Shown here piece after piece: positions 23,909 to 33,317 of a stretch of DNA of 35,242 nt. Position 1 is the stretch's first letter; each line of letters opens with the position of its first letter. Under the pieces are notes generated by a model, which made no database searches, had not been told where the DNA came from, and saw nothing but the letters and a program-made list of their open reading frames with translations. Source of the DNA: Phycisphaerae bacterium (GTDB taxonomy: Bacteria > Planctomycetota > Phycisphaerae > UBA1845); the NCBI GenBank assembly GCA_046757145.1, contig JBHHXS010000001.1, positions 1 through 35,242 of the forward strand, given 5' to 3'. The position numbers and the translations under genes are program-made.

Positions 23909-24113
23909 TTCAGCTTGGGTGCCCACCCTTGGTGCCGATACACGCGCTTATGTTAACTACATCATGTCCGTGTGCGGGGGACTAGCGACGCAAGGCCGAG
24001 GGCCTCGAGTCCGATATAACGATGTTCGGGGGCGTGAGAGTGTCTCGTGAGTCCGGCGTGGCAGTGCTGGTCGAAAGGTCGCTTTAGCATTGCGGGGCCA
24101 AAGACATGAGTCG

Positions 24114-25352
24114 ATGTGTCGTAGCCTGAGGCCGGCTGTCAGTGCGCCGGGCTGCCGTCGCCAAGAGCTACCCGCCGGGTCATCCACCGGAGCTGCTCCC
24201 CAGCGCGCAGACCTTCGGGTTGTTCTTGCGCGGTGTCTTCGCGCCGCTCACGCGGGCAGCGCCGAGTTTGTAGACACCGCGGTGGATTGGACCGCCCTGG
24301 CAAACGCTGCCTGTGAAGCGTCCCTTGGCGGACTATTGGTTGAGAGTGTTCAGCGCACCGGCCGACAGCCCACACAGTCGGTGCTGGGACGCCTACGCCG
24401 CCAGGCCGATCAAATCGAGCGCAACAACAGCGGATTGCTGAGACAGCTAGCCCGCATCACGCGTGCGCTGCAAAGCCGGGGCGTCGAGGTCTTATTGCTC
24501 AAGGGCGCCGCCCTGAATCTGACTTTGTACGACCGGCCCAACCTGCGCCCGATGTCCGACCTTGATCTTCTTGTACGTCCGGACTCGGCTGAGCGGGCAA
24601 TTACGATCCTGGAAAGCATGGGGTTTCGTCGCGGGCCTAGCCTGTTGCGCGCGGACTTCTTTCCTCGCTTCCACTACGAGGTTGAATTGTCCAGCGCAGA
24701 CTATCACCCGACGCGAATTGACCTGCACACACGTCCGTTTCGCCCGCTAAGATGGGCTACGACGATCCCGGATGGAGCGTTCTGGCGTGGTGCGCGCCCG
24801 GTCGACGAGCGTGACGCGGCAGCTTCTGTCCCTGCGGGTGAGGAGATGCTGGTTCACCTTGCGACTCATTCCGCCTGCCACGGCCACCGACGACTTCTCT
24901 GGCTTTATGACCTTTGCCGGCTGATAGACACGGTGGGCGCTTACTTGGATTGGGAGAGGGTTGTGCACATCTGCTGGCTTCTGGAGCTTGTGTTGCCGGT
25001 TCGCGAGGCGCTGCACAAAGTCGAGACGCTCTGGGGGCCGATCATCCCTAGCTACATCCGTGATGATCTAAACGCAGGGCGTACGACCTGGCGAGACAGA
25101 CTCTGCCTCGCGCAGGCACCGCACGATGCCACGCACCCCGTGAGGCACGTCGCGGTGAATCTGTTGTGCATGCGGGGCGTGCGTTTCCGTATGCAGTATC
25201 TGCTTCGTGTGCTGTTGCCCGATAGGGGGCATTTGGGGCAGGGTTACGGTCGTCGCCATTGCGCCTGGGTGTTTGTAGCCCACCTACGTCGGTCGTTACG
25301 GCTGCTACTGGGCCCGGTTTTCCGCCGGATGGGCGTTCTCTCCCCGCGCTAG
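24114..25352 (+). CDS. uncharacterised nucleotidyltransferase family protein (NTP_transf_5 / PF14907-like)
   Basis: LLLKGAALNLTLYDRPNLRPMSDLDLLVRPDSAERAITILESMGF matches the conserved core of this family (from memory). Start uncertain: ATG 24114 or TTG 24090. Confidence 0.75.
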   Translation: MCRSLRPAVSAPGCRRQELPAGSSTGAAPQRADLRVVLARCLRAAHAGSAEFVDTAVDWTALANAACEASLGGLLVESVQRTGRQPTQSVLGRLRRQADQIERNNSGLLRQLARITRALQSRGVEVLLLKGAALNLTLYDRPNLRPMSDLDLLVRPDSAERAITILESMGFRRGPSLLRADFFPRFHYEVELSSADYHPTRIDLHTRPFRPLRWATTIPDGAFWRGARPVDERDAAASVPAGEEMLVHLATHSACHGHRRLLWLYDLCRLIDTVGAYLDWERVVHICWLLELVLPVREALHKVETLWGPIIPSYIRDDLNAGRTTWRDRLCLAQAPHDATHPVRHVAVNLLCMRGVRFRMQYLLRVLLPDRGHLGQGYGRRHCAWVFVAHLRRSLRLLLGPVFRRMGVLSPR

Positions 25353-25371
25353 CGCCCGTGTCTGACGGGCG
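25353..25371 (+). terminator. stem-loop immediately after the stop codon (CGCCCGT-gtctg-ACGGGCG), no U-tract
   Basis: 7-bp perfect stem with a 5-nt loop, between the convergent genes ending at 25352 (+) and 25418 (-). No T-run follows, so the intrinsic-terminator call is weak. Confidence 0.3.
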
Positions 25372-25417
25372 TGCGACGCGGGCTGTCCAGCTCCGTAGAA
25401 CGGATAAGGACGGCATT

Positions 25418-26560
25418 CTACTGCATGGCTTCGGCGAAGATCTTCTGCGCGGCAGCCACTCCGGCGCCGTACTGAAGTGCATAGCCCTGCCCAGCGAGTG
25501 TTGCTTCTAACGCAGCGATAGCTCCGAGCGTCTCGAAAGCATCGACATAGCCCATGTGCGAGAAGCGTATGATCTTGCCCTTGAGGTGTCCCTGTCCCCC
25601 GGCAATCTGAAAGCCATGTTTGTCCAGCATGGTCTTACGAAGGGTTGCTTCGTTGACACCTTCGGGTACTAGCAGCGCGGTCACGGAGTCCACCGGGTCC
25701 GCTGCAAAGAGTTCAAGCGCCAGTGCCGCCGCCGCTGCCCGCATCCCCCTGGCCAGCACCGCGGTTTCAGCCCATATCGCCTCCAGTGTCCGTTCCTTTA
25801 TGCTACGCAGCACGTGCAGCGCACCGCGGACGAGTGCGACATTGGGGGTGTAGGGCGCGTCGAAAGTTTCCAGCGACTTTCGGTAGGCTTTCAGGTCATT
25901 GTAGAGCGTTGGGGTCTTTCCGGAGTCGATGCGCTCCCATGCGCGATCGGATATCGCTGCGAACCCGAGACCGGGCGGGAGCATCAAGGCTTTCTGGGAC
26001 CCCGTGACGTAGGCGTCGACTCCCCATTCATCCATCTTGACGGGAAGCGCCCCGACGGAGGTAATCCCGTCGACTATCAGAATCGCCCCGCGTTGTTGCG
26101 TCGCCTTGGCTATGCCCTCCACGTCGGTCAGGGCGGCGGTCGACGTCTCGCTGTGCACGACGATAACGGTGTCGATCTTGGGATCGGCGTCCATCGCTTC
26201 GATGATATCGCTTTCTTTGGCTCCGCGTCCCCATTCCAGATCCAGGGGCGTATGGTCGATGCCGAACGTCGCACATACCTGTGCCCAGCGTTCGGCGAAC
26301 TTGCCGTTGCGTATCACCAGAGCCTTGTGCCCCGGCGGACAGCACCCGACGATGGCCGCCTCAGCAGCCGAGGTCCCGCTTCCCGTGAAGGTCAGGCACG
26401 TCCCCTTCGTCTGGAAAAGATACTGCAACAAATCGTGCACTTCCTTGGCCATGTCCCGATACCAAGACGTGCGATGATGCCTGATCGGCCTTGCCATCTC
26501 CAGGAGCACTTCCTCTGGGACCATGGTCGGACCCGGCGTAAACAATCTAAGTTTTTTCAT
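25418..26560 (-). CDS. class V aminotransferase (serine-glyoxylate / alanine-glyoxylate aminotransferase family)
   Basis: N-terminus MKKLRLFTPGPTMVPEEVL. PLP-lysine region YVTGSQKALMLPPGLGF. 380 aa. Confidence 0.9.
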   Translation of the reverse strand: MKKLRLFTPGPTMVPEEVLLEMARPIRHHRTSWYRDMAKEVHDLLQYLFQTKGTCLTFTGSGTSAAEAAIVGCCPPGHKALVIRNGKFAERWAQVCATFGIDHTPLDLEWGRGAKESDIIEAMDADPKIDTVIVVHSETSTAALTDVEGIAKATQQRGAILIVDGITSVGALPVKMDEWGVDAYVTGSQKALMLPPGLGFAAISDRAWERIDSGKTPTLYNDLKAYRKSLETFDAPYTPNVALVRGALHVLRSIKERTLEAIWAETAVLARGMRAAAAALALELFAADPVDSVTALLVPEGVNEATLRKTMLDKHGFQIAGGQGHLKGKIIRFSHMGYVDAFETLGAIAALEATLAGQGYALQYGAGVAAAQKIFAEAMQ

Positions 26561-26636
26561 GGCAGGTTACCTCAACGAGACGAACATGCAGCACGGAACT
26601 CGACCGACACACACAGGCCGGATTACGCACGGTGAT

Positions 26637-27884
26637 TCAGACATCACGGAGTTGATGCCCAAGTTTCTGCCTTTTTGTGGCAAGGTACTTGCGGTTGTGC
26701 TCATTCGGTTGGATCTGAAGCAGCAACTGCTCGACCACCTTGATGCCGTATACCTCAAGCCTGTTCACCTTCTTGGGATTGTTTGTCAGGATGCGCAGCT
26801 TCCGCAAGCCCAGATCGCGTATGATCTGCGCGCCGATTCCGTAGTCACGCCGATCAACGGGCAGGCCCAGTCTCTCGTTGGCTTCAACCGTGTCCAGACC
26901 CTCATCCTGGAGTCTGTAGGCCTTTAGCTTGTTGTGCAGACCGATGCCCCGCCCTTCCTCCCGAAGGTAGACGATGGCACCGGAGCCTGCGGCTTGTATC
27001 GTCTGCATGGCGGCGTCGAGCTGCTCACCGCAATCGCAGCGTGCGGAGTGGAACACATGGCCCGTCATACATTCTGATTCGACGCGAACGAGCACCGGCT
27101 CGTCATGTATTATCGGGGAACCTTGTGCGTCCAATTCACCTATCCCGCCGCAACATAGTGCCAGGTGCGGCTCAGGATCTATCGGCGAGTGATACTCCAG
27201 CAGCTTGAATTCGCCGAACCTCGTGGGCAGCCTGGTGGTGACGCCACGCGTCACGAAGACCTCCCGCTGCATCCGGTAGTCTATGATATCGGCGACCGTG
27301 TACATTCTTATGTTGTGTTGCCGGCCAATCCGCACCAGGTCAGGCGTGCGAGCCATCGACCCGTCCTCGTTCATGATCTCAATGATTGCTGCCATTGGCC
27401 GCAGACGTGCCAGGCGGCACAGATCCACCGATCCTTCAGTCTGGCCCGCCCGGACGAGGACGCCTCCGTCGCGCGCCATCAGCGGGTTGATGTGCCCCGG
27501 ACGGATCAGATCCGTGGGACGCGTGTCCGGAGCGCAGGCGACCTCAATCGTCTTCGCCCTGTCGTGGGCTGAGACCCCCGTAGTGACACCGAAGCGGCTG
27601 TGGGCGTCAACGGAAACGGTGAACGCGGTGCCGAAACGCGTCGTGTTCACCGACGCCTGCAGATGGAGATTCAGCTCCTCGCAGCGCCGGCGGGTCATGG
27701 GCATGCACAGTACGCCGCGCCCGACCTTTAGCATGAAATTGATCGCTTCCGGAGTGACCTTCTGAGCGGCAATGACAAGGTCCCCCTCGTTCTCGCGACT
27801 CTCGTCATCGAGCAGGATAATGAACTTGCCGGCGCGCAGGTCGTCGAACGCCTGCTCGATCGGCGAAAAGGGTGAGTCAGCCAT
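26637..27884 (-). CDS. ribBA: bifunctional 3,4-dihydroxy-2-butanone-4-phosphate synthase / GTP cyclohydrolase II
   Basis: DHBP synthase N-half (GKFIILLDDESRENEGDLVIAAQ) and GTP cyclohydrolase II C-half (VRVESECMTGHVFHSARCDCGEQL, YLREEGRGIGLHNKLKAY). Confidence 0.95.
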   Translation of the reverse strand: MADSPFSPIEQAFDDLRAGKFIILLDDESRENEGDLVIAAQKVTPEAINFMLKVGRGVLCMPMTRRRCEELNLHLQASVNTTRFGTAFTVSVDAHSRFGVTTGVSAHDRAKTIEVACAPDTRPTDLIRPGHINPLMARDGGVLVRAGQTEGSVDLCRLARLRPMAAIIEIMNEDGSMARTPDLVRIGRQHNIRMYTVADIIDYRMQREVFVTRGVTTRLPTRFGEFKLLEYHSPIDPEPHLALCCGGIGELDAQGSPIIHDEPVLVRVESECMTGHVFHSARCDCGEQLDAAMQTIQAAGSGAIVYLREEGRGIGLHNKLKAYRLQDEGLDTVEANERLGLPVDRRDYGIGAQIIRDLGLRKLRILTNNPKKVNRLEVYGIKVVEQLLLQIQPNEHNRKYLATKRQKLGHQLRDV

Positions 27885-28485
27885 CGTCTGTGCTCCTCTG
27901 ATACATCGCGTGATAGTCTGCCGCGAACCGATTGCCCACGCGCAGGTAGTCTACGGTAGCTATGATCGCCAGCCCACTGGCCAGCCACCATGCCGGCCTC
28001 AGCCCGTGTGCGAAACTCACTGGCAAGTCGGGTGCCAGCAGCACGAACGCTATCATCGCCAATTGTACCAGTGTACACAGTTTGCCGCAAAGTCGCGGCT
28101 TGATGAAGAACTGTCCCGTCGTGGCGTACACCAACCCGAAGCCGATCACCGTCAGCACATCCTTGCCGACCGCGATCACCGCAACCCACACGGGCAGCCT
28201 CGTCCCCGTGTCGCCAGGCGAACCACCCGCCAGCACTATCACCGCGCACACTATAAGCAGCTTGTCAGCCACCGGGTCGAGGAATCGCCCGAGCGGGGTC
28301 TCCTGTTTCAGAATGCGGGCTAAGATGCCATCCAGGGCGTCACTCAGGGCCAGCACCGAGAACAGGAACAGCGCCGCGTGACGCAAGACAGGCACGTTGC
28401 TGTCAAGGTAGAGCAGGCAGATCACGAACGGGCCGACGAGCGCGATTCGGGCGATAGTGATTCTGTTAGGCCAGTTGAGCCACAT
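27877..28485 (-). CDS. pgsA: CDP-alcohol phosphatidyltransferase (CDP-diacylglycerol--glycerol-3-phosphate 3-phosphatidyltransferase-like)
   Basis: Signature D-x2-DG-x2-AR-x8-G-x3-D-x3-D in SDALDGILARILKQETPLGRFLDPVADKLL. Multi-TM, 202 aa. Its stop overlaps the ribBA start by 8 nt. Confidence 0.9.
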   Translation of the reverse strand: MWLNWPNRITIARIALVGPFVICLLYLDSNVPVLRHAALFLFSVLALSDALDGILARILKQETPLGRFLDPVADKLLIVCAVIVLAGGSPGDTGTRLPVWVAVIAVGKDVLTVIGFGLVYATTGQFFIKPRLCGKLCTLVQLAMIAFVLLAPDLPVSFAHGLRPAWWLASGLAIIATVDYLRVGNRFAADYHAMYQRSTDDG

Positions 28486-28641
28486 GCGGTAGTTACGATC
28501 AACACCCGGCTACACACCATGTTATACACGATACGGAACGGTCTATCGCGACGATCCAGCCTCCAACCCCGGGCACGGTGCCGTGGAGCCGACGTGCTGC
28601 CTCCGCGCCGGTAAGTCCACAGCAGACGCGGTTATCACCGT

Positions 28642-29511
28642 CTAGGGCGTCACCGCCTTTAGGGGCGACAGTGTACTCATGGCGGTGGGGTGTTCCTGCG
28701 ACGCATCGGCGAAGCGTACCACTGCCTCATAGCTCGTAGGAGTCTCAAGAATGCTGTACGTGCCGTCGTGGCGGGCGATCACCAATGCGGGTAGTCGCAG
28801 GGCGCCGAATTCGGAGATGTGCACGTCAGCCCACGGTATTGGCGTCACCACGCGGCAGTGCACCATATCCCCAAGGCGCTGGTACACCTCACGCCTCGAG
28901 AGCAGCTTCTCCAATCTCCACCAGTCGCCTGTGAGCCGCCTGTGAAACACAAACAGTATCGGCCGTTGAGTGGGTTCCGCCGCACGGCGAGCTGGCTCGG
29001 GGGTGCGGTACCAGCGGTAATCTGCGCGACGCGGGATGTGCCGGTTGACCATCACCGCCCGCCCAGGTGCCTTAGCGCCGAGGAGGAAACTGTAGACCGT
29101 TTCCGTCGACATGAGCCCACTATGAGAATGGCAAGTGCCGTCGGTGTGTACAAGGATAAGCGCCGGGGCACGCTCGACGCCGAATTGAGCAACGTAGCGC
29201 CGGTCCGGCTCGTATGATTTGAACAATCTGCACAGCACGTAGCCCCGGATGCGGCTCTTGATTATCGGTGTTCTCAGGACTTCCTCCAGCGGGTCCGTAT
29301 TGCCCGGGCGCGGGTCCTGGTACCAGATGAGCATATCGCGGCCGGTTTCGCGGACACGGGATTCCGCTGTGTCGTAGTCGGCAAGCCAGCCAACGTGCAA
29401 CCGCAAACGAACGGGTCCGCACCCGGCAGAAAAAGCGGAAAACGCTGCGGCAGCGAACGCCAGGGCGTGCCCGAACCGGCCCTGCCTACCGCCCACGAAA
29501 ACCAGTGACAT
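28642..29511 (-). CDS. putative lipoprotein with two thioredoxin-fold-like domains lacking CxxC
   Basis: Signal plus Cys (AAAAFSAFSAGC). Two similar halves (DMLIWYQDPRPGN…APALILVHTDGT and PILFVFHRRLTGD…LPALVIARHDGT). Neither half has a CxxC at the expected position. Confidence 0.65.
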   Translation of the reverse strand: MSLVFVGGRQGRFGHALAFAAAAFSAFSAGCGPVRLRLHVGWLADYDTAESRVRETGRDMLIWYQDPRPGNTDPLEEVLRTPIIKSRIRGYVLCRLFKSYEPDRRYVAQFGVERAPALILVHTDGTCHSHSGLMSTETVYSFLLGAKAPGRAVMVNRHIPRRADYRWYRTPEPARRAAEPTQRPILFVFHRRLTGDWWRLEKLLSRREVYQRLGDMVHCRVVTPIPWADVHISEFGALRLPALVIARHDGTYSILETPTSYEAVVRFADASQEHPTAMSTLSPLKAVTP

Positions 29512-29723
29512 ACGCTCTCAGCTCCCGTTGTTCGGCGATGCGCCTTGGGTTCGTAAGCGACACGCATCCAGCCGATCCTCCCCCGGCGGCGTACTCCCAG
29601 GACGGCCGCGGGAAGTCTACAGCGCGCGGACAAGGCCGGCAACGGATGGCGACAGCGGACATTGGAGAGGCGTCGGCACGCGGCACCCTATGGGGTACAC
29701 CCGGTTCAGAGTATAAACCTGTC

Positions 29724-32420
29724 TCATGGGGCCGGTGCGCCGGTGCAGGCCCGGGTGGGCAACTCCTTATAAACCCGGTCGGGAGCAGTTCTCGGGACGG
29801 CGTTGTCTGCAAGCTCGGTCGCCAGCCGGCTGAAGTCTTTTTGACGCCGTCGGAAGGCCTCGACCACGTCAGGGTGGAAGTGTACACCCTTAGATGAGCA
29901 GATAATCTCAAGCGCCTGGGTGTGGGGCATCGCATCCTTGTAGGAACGCCTCGTTGTAAGGGCGTCGTAGACGTCTGCTACTGCCGCGATACGAGCGGAG
30001 AGCGGGATGTCATCGCCGCAAAGTCCGCGCGGGTAACCCGTGCCATCGTACCATTCGTGATGCGCGTGGGCGATCTCCTCGGCCATCTTCAAGAAACCTG
30101 CGCCCGGTACTCGCTCGTTCACCGAGCGGATGGTGGTCGCGCCGATCGCCGCATGTGCCCTCATGACCACTATCTCCTCATCACTCAGCGGCCCGGGCTT
30201 GAAGAGAATGCTGTCCGGGACAGCTACCTTCCCGATATCGTGCAGGGGGGCAGCACGCTGAATGTCGCTGATGAACTGATCGGTGATCACCTCGCGATAC
30301 TGCTCTACCGAGCGCAGTTCTTCCGCGATTATGCGACAGAAGTGGGCAACGCGGTCCACGTGCCTGCCGGTGTCCGAATCACGGTACTCCGCGAGGGTGG
30401 CAAGGGCGATGACAATCGAGTCGCGGGCGTCGTCGCGCGAACGGCGCGTGAGTCGCTCATGTATTGCGGCTGCTGCGATATTGCAGACAAGGTCGATACA
30501 CTCGATTTCGAACGGCCCAAACGGCTTGCGACCCAGCCGATCGGATACGTTAAGGACCCCAACAGTGTATTCAGATCCCGTAAGAGCCTTGGAGATCAAC
30601 GGCGCGCTGACGAAGAAGTCGGAGTCGTAACGTTGATCGCGCAGCTCCAGGTCCGTCTCCTTGTTACCCACAACCGGTTCGCCGGATTGGAACACGCGTC
30701 CGCAGATACCGGCACCTACCGGCACGCGAATCTCGGTCTCCCTGCTCCGCTCGATTCCGATGGAGTGCGCGAGCAACAGATGTCGCCTTTGCGGATCAGG
30801 CAGCATTACCGAAACGCGCCGGCTGCACGAGAGCTGAGCGGTCACCAGCACCGTCTTCTCCAGGACGTCGTCAAGGTTCTCAAGGGAAACGAGATCGCGT
30901 GAGAAGTCCAACAGCAGGTTCATTGCCAGACTCTGTTCCCCGCGCATCTCGTGGTCGCTGCTGAGCTCCTTGCGGAGCCCGCGCCCGCGAACGGCGCTGC
31001 GCACGCGCGCCGGTAACTCCCGCGCGAGCACCTCCTGCGAGACACATTCATCCGCACCCGCCGCGAAAGCGAAGCCCGTCTTCGTCGAACCACCTTCTTC
31101 GGTGATTACCAGCACGATGCTGTCGCCGGCACCGGGGTGCTTTTTGAATGCGCGCACGCGCTCGGCCAGCTCACCCCCGGATTTCCCTGACGCCGTGACA
31201 ATCATCGAGGGGGAGGCCTGCCCGATGCTTTCAAGGGCGCTACGCTGATCGGGAGCTTCCCTGACCGCGTAACCTTCTTGCTCCAACAGCTTCCTGCAGG
31301 CCTTACGCAACTGTACATCGCTGGCAACCACCAGCGCGTACAGCGTGTCCTCAGGGCCGGCACACGCGGGTAAGGACGGAGGCTCAGCACTGAGATCGTC
31401 GTGGGCATCTTCGTCGGGTGCCGTTTCGCGCTCGCAGCGGGAGGCCAGCCGGACTATGTTTCTTCCATCGCGCTTGGCCGTGTAGAGCGCGCGGTCTGCA
31501 ACGGCGAGTAGATCATCGGGGCTCAGCATCGCCGGCCTACGCTCAGCTACACCCAGACTGATCGTTACACTCAGCTGATGCGCGCCGGTGTCGATCTTGT
31601 TCTCTTCCACAGACCTGCAGAGGCGTTCAGCGGCAATGGCGGCCTCGCTCTCGGTCGTCCTCGGGCATATCACGAGGAACTCCTCTCCCCCTATGCGGCA
31701 GACCTGCTCTTCGGTCCGCGCCTTACGCCGCAGCACGCCAGCTGTCTCCTTCAGAACAAGGTCGCCGACAGCGTGTCCGTACGTATCGTTGATGCCTTTG
31801 AAGTGATCGATATCCAGCATGATGCATGCCAGTGCATCACTGTGTCGGCTCGCCGACATCCAGTGTTCCGCAAGCCGCTGCATCGACGCCCGTCGATTCG
31901 TCAGGCCGGTCAGCTCGTCTGTCGTGGCCATATGACGCAGCTTCTCGTTGGCATCGTGCAACTTGCTGTGCGCAAGTGCCATCTCGGCGTTGAAGCGGTG
32001 CACTTCGCGGTTGCGCCGGTCCAGGTCGGCGCGTAGCTGAATCACACGGCTCCCCGCCCGCACCCGGGCGAGCAGTTCCTTGCGACGGAAAGGCTTGGAT
32101 ATGCAGTCATCAGCCCCGGCGTCGAGGGCCTCTACGATCCGATCCTCGTCGGAATGCGCGGTTACTACTATGATGTAAACGAATGCAATTCCTTCGTGGG
32201 AGTGAATCCTGCGGCAGAGCTCGAGCCCGTCGACCTTCGGCATCATCCAGTCGGTGATGACCATCGGCGGACCTTCAGAGAGCAGAATCTGCATCGCCTC
32301 GGCGCCGTTGGTGGCGGTAAGAACCTGGTGCCCACCGCTTGTCAAATGCGACTCGAGCAAGCGCAGAGCCTCCGGGTCGTCATCGATGAGCAGGATACGA
32401 TGCGGCTCACCGTCGGTCAT
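29724..32420 (-). CDS. response regulator with REC - GGDEF - pseudo-REC - GAF - HD-GYP domains (c-di-GMP synthase/phosphodiesterase)
   Basis: REC (ILLIDDDPE…VITDWMMPKVDG). GGDEF (TGLTNRR…RIGGEEFLVI). A second receiver-like segment has no acceptor Asp (MIVTASGKSGG). GAF-like segment. HD-GYP (APLHDIGKVAVPD, HHEWYDGTGYPRGL). Confidence 0.9.
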   Translation of the reverse strand: MTDGEPHRILLIDDDPEALRLLESHLTSGGHQVLTATNGAEAMQILLSEGPPMVITDWMMPKVDGLELCRRIHSHEGIAFVYIIVVTAHSDEDRIVEALDAGADDCISKPFRRKELLARVRAGSRVIQLRADLDRRNREVHRFNAEMALAHSKLHDANEKLRHMATTDELTGLTNRRASMQRLAEHWMSASRHSDALACIMLDIDHFKGINDTYGHAVGDLVLKETAGVLRRKARTEEQVCRIGGEEFLVICPRTTESEAAIAAERLCRSVEENKIDTGAHQLSVTISLGVAERRPAMLSPDDLLAVADRALYTAKRDGRNIVRLASRCERETAPDEDAHDDLSAEPPSLPACAGPEDTLYALVVASDVQLRKACRKLLEQEGYAVREAPDQRSALESIGQASPSMIVTASGKSGGELAERVRAFKKHPGAGDSIVLVITEEGGSTKTGFAFAAGADECVSQEVLARELPARVRSAVRGRGLRKELSSDHEMRGEQSLAMNLLLDFSRDLVSLENLDDVLEKTVLVTAQLSCSRRVSVMLPDPQRRHLLLAHSIGIERSRETEIRVPVGAGICGRVFQSGEPVVGNKETDLELRDQRYDSDFFVSAPLISKALTGSEYTVGVLNVSDRLGRKPFGPFEIECIDLVCNIAAAAIHERLTRRSRDDARDSIVIALATLAEYRDSDTGRHVDRVAHFCRIIAEELRSVEQYREVITDQFISDIQRAAPLHDIGKVAVPDSILFKPGPLSDEEIVVMRAHAAIGATTIRSVNERVPGAGFLKMAEEIAHAHHEWYDGTGYPRGLCGDDIPLSARIAAVADVYDALTTRRSYKDAMPHTQALEIICSSKGVHFHPDVVEAFRRRQKDFSRLATELADNAVPRTAPDRVYKELPTRACTGAPAP

Positions 32421-33317
32421 AGTGACGGCCTCCGTAGCCCATGATTCTGTCGACTGTTTGTCGATTCAAAGTACTTTACCCGTGAGTGGTCCACCCCTGC
32501 GTCGGACTAAGCAACCGTGCGCGGCTACGCTCCATCTCTGCGAGAAGGGAGCGCAGGCGACCTGTGCATGAGCCCCGCCCCTGCGCTTGGGGCTCGGATC
32601 CGGGGCGCAGGGTTTATGAAGCACTGTGAAAGGCTGCCGCCTCATCCGGAAAGACTCCCCCGACCGCATCAAGCTGGCGCTGTCGAGCCGCGCATACTGC
32701 TTCCACACCGTGCGGTGCCGTCGAAGCACTGAGCTCGGCAGCTCGGACAGCGTACGGCACAACGGTCCCGCGTGATGTACATCGTCCCGCAGGATTGTCC
32801 GGCTGAGCTAATCCATTCCCTGCGTGGCGGGGCGTGCCGCTCGTCGTCCGATACTCTCTGCGTCCGGCGAATGGCGGCAGCGACGTGACCCCATTACGCC
32901 CCATTCCAACGGGTGCATCCTATTTTGGGCGGCACCCTTGAATAATCCGCACCTTGCTGTACGGACTCGGGCACCGGCAGGCGGCATCGCCTCTGTTTTC
33001 GTCGAGAGAAATGTGAGGCTGTCCCCGGTGCTGCACGTGCCAAGAGGCCGGAGATTGCACCCCCGAGATTCGCCGTGCTTTCGCGAGTCCGTCCCATTCC
33101 AACCTGGCTAAGGGTCTATAATCGACGCACGCTCGGATTCATGGTATCAGTGTCCTACAACCCAAGCGGAGCGTGAGCGCATCGGGCGCCCCGCTAAGCG
33201 GGCCAGGGTATAAGGACGGTTATGCTCCAAAGGTGACGATGGGCTCGCCGCAGCCGACCGGTGTCGAAGAGCCTGTTCTGAAGAGGCTCTGGGATAAGTC
33301 GTTAACGGAGAGTACGG

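Noticed and set aside
23611-25352. Possibility that tRNA-Sec marks a genomic-island integration site (selC is a known hotspot in enterobacteria)
   Set aside because: There is no integrase, no direct repeat of the tRNA 3' end downstream, and no compositional break. The flanking genes look like ordinary chromosomal genes.
25418-26560. Class V aminotransferase near tRNA-Sec, considered as SelA or selenocysteine lyase
   Set aside because: The N-terminal FTPGPT motif and 380-aa size fit the serine/alanine-glyoxylate aminotransferase family. They do not fit SelA (~460 aa, different N-terminal domain) or NifS/CsdB-type lyases.
32421-33317. Long non-coding spacer tested by eye for RNase P RNA, tmRNA and tRNA
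   Set aside because: No GGAAAGTCCGG / ACAGAANCCGGCTTA P4 strands in the correct order. No tRNA-like GGTTCGA T-arm or tag-peptide reading frame. Partial look-alikes (ccggaaagactcc, gtccggctga) occur in the wrong order.
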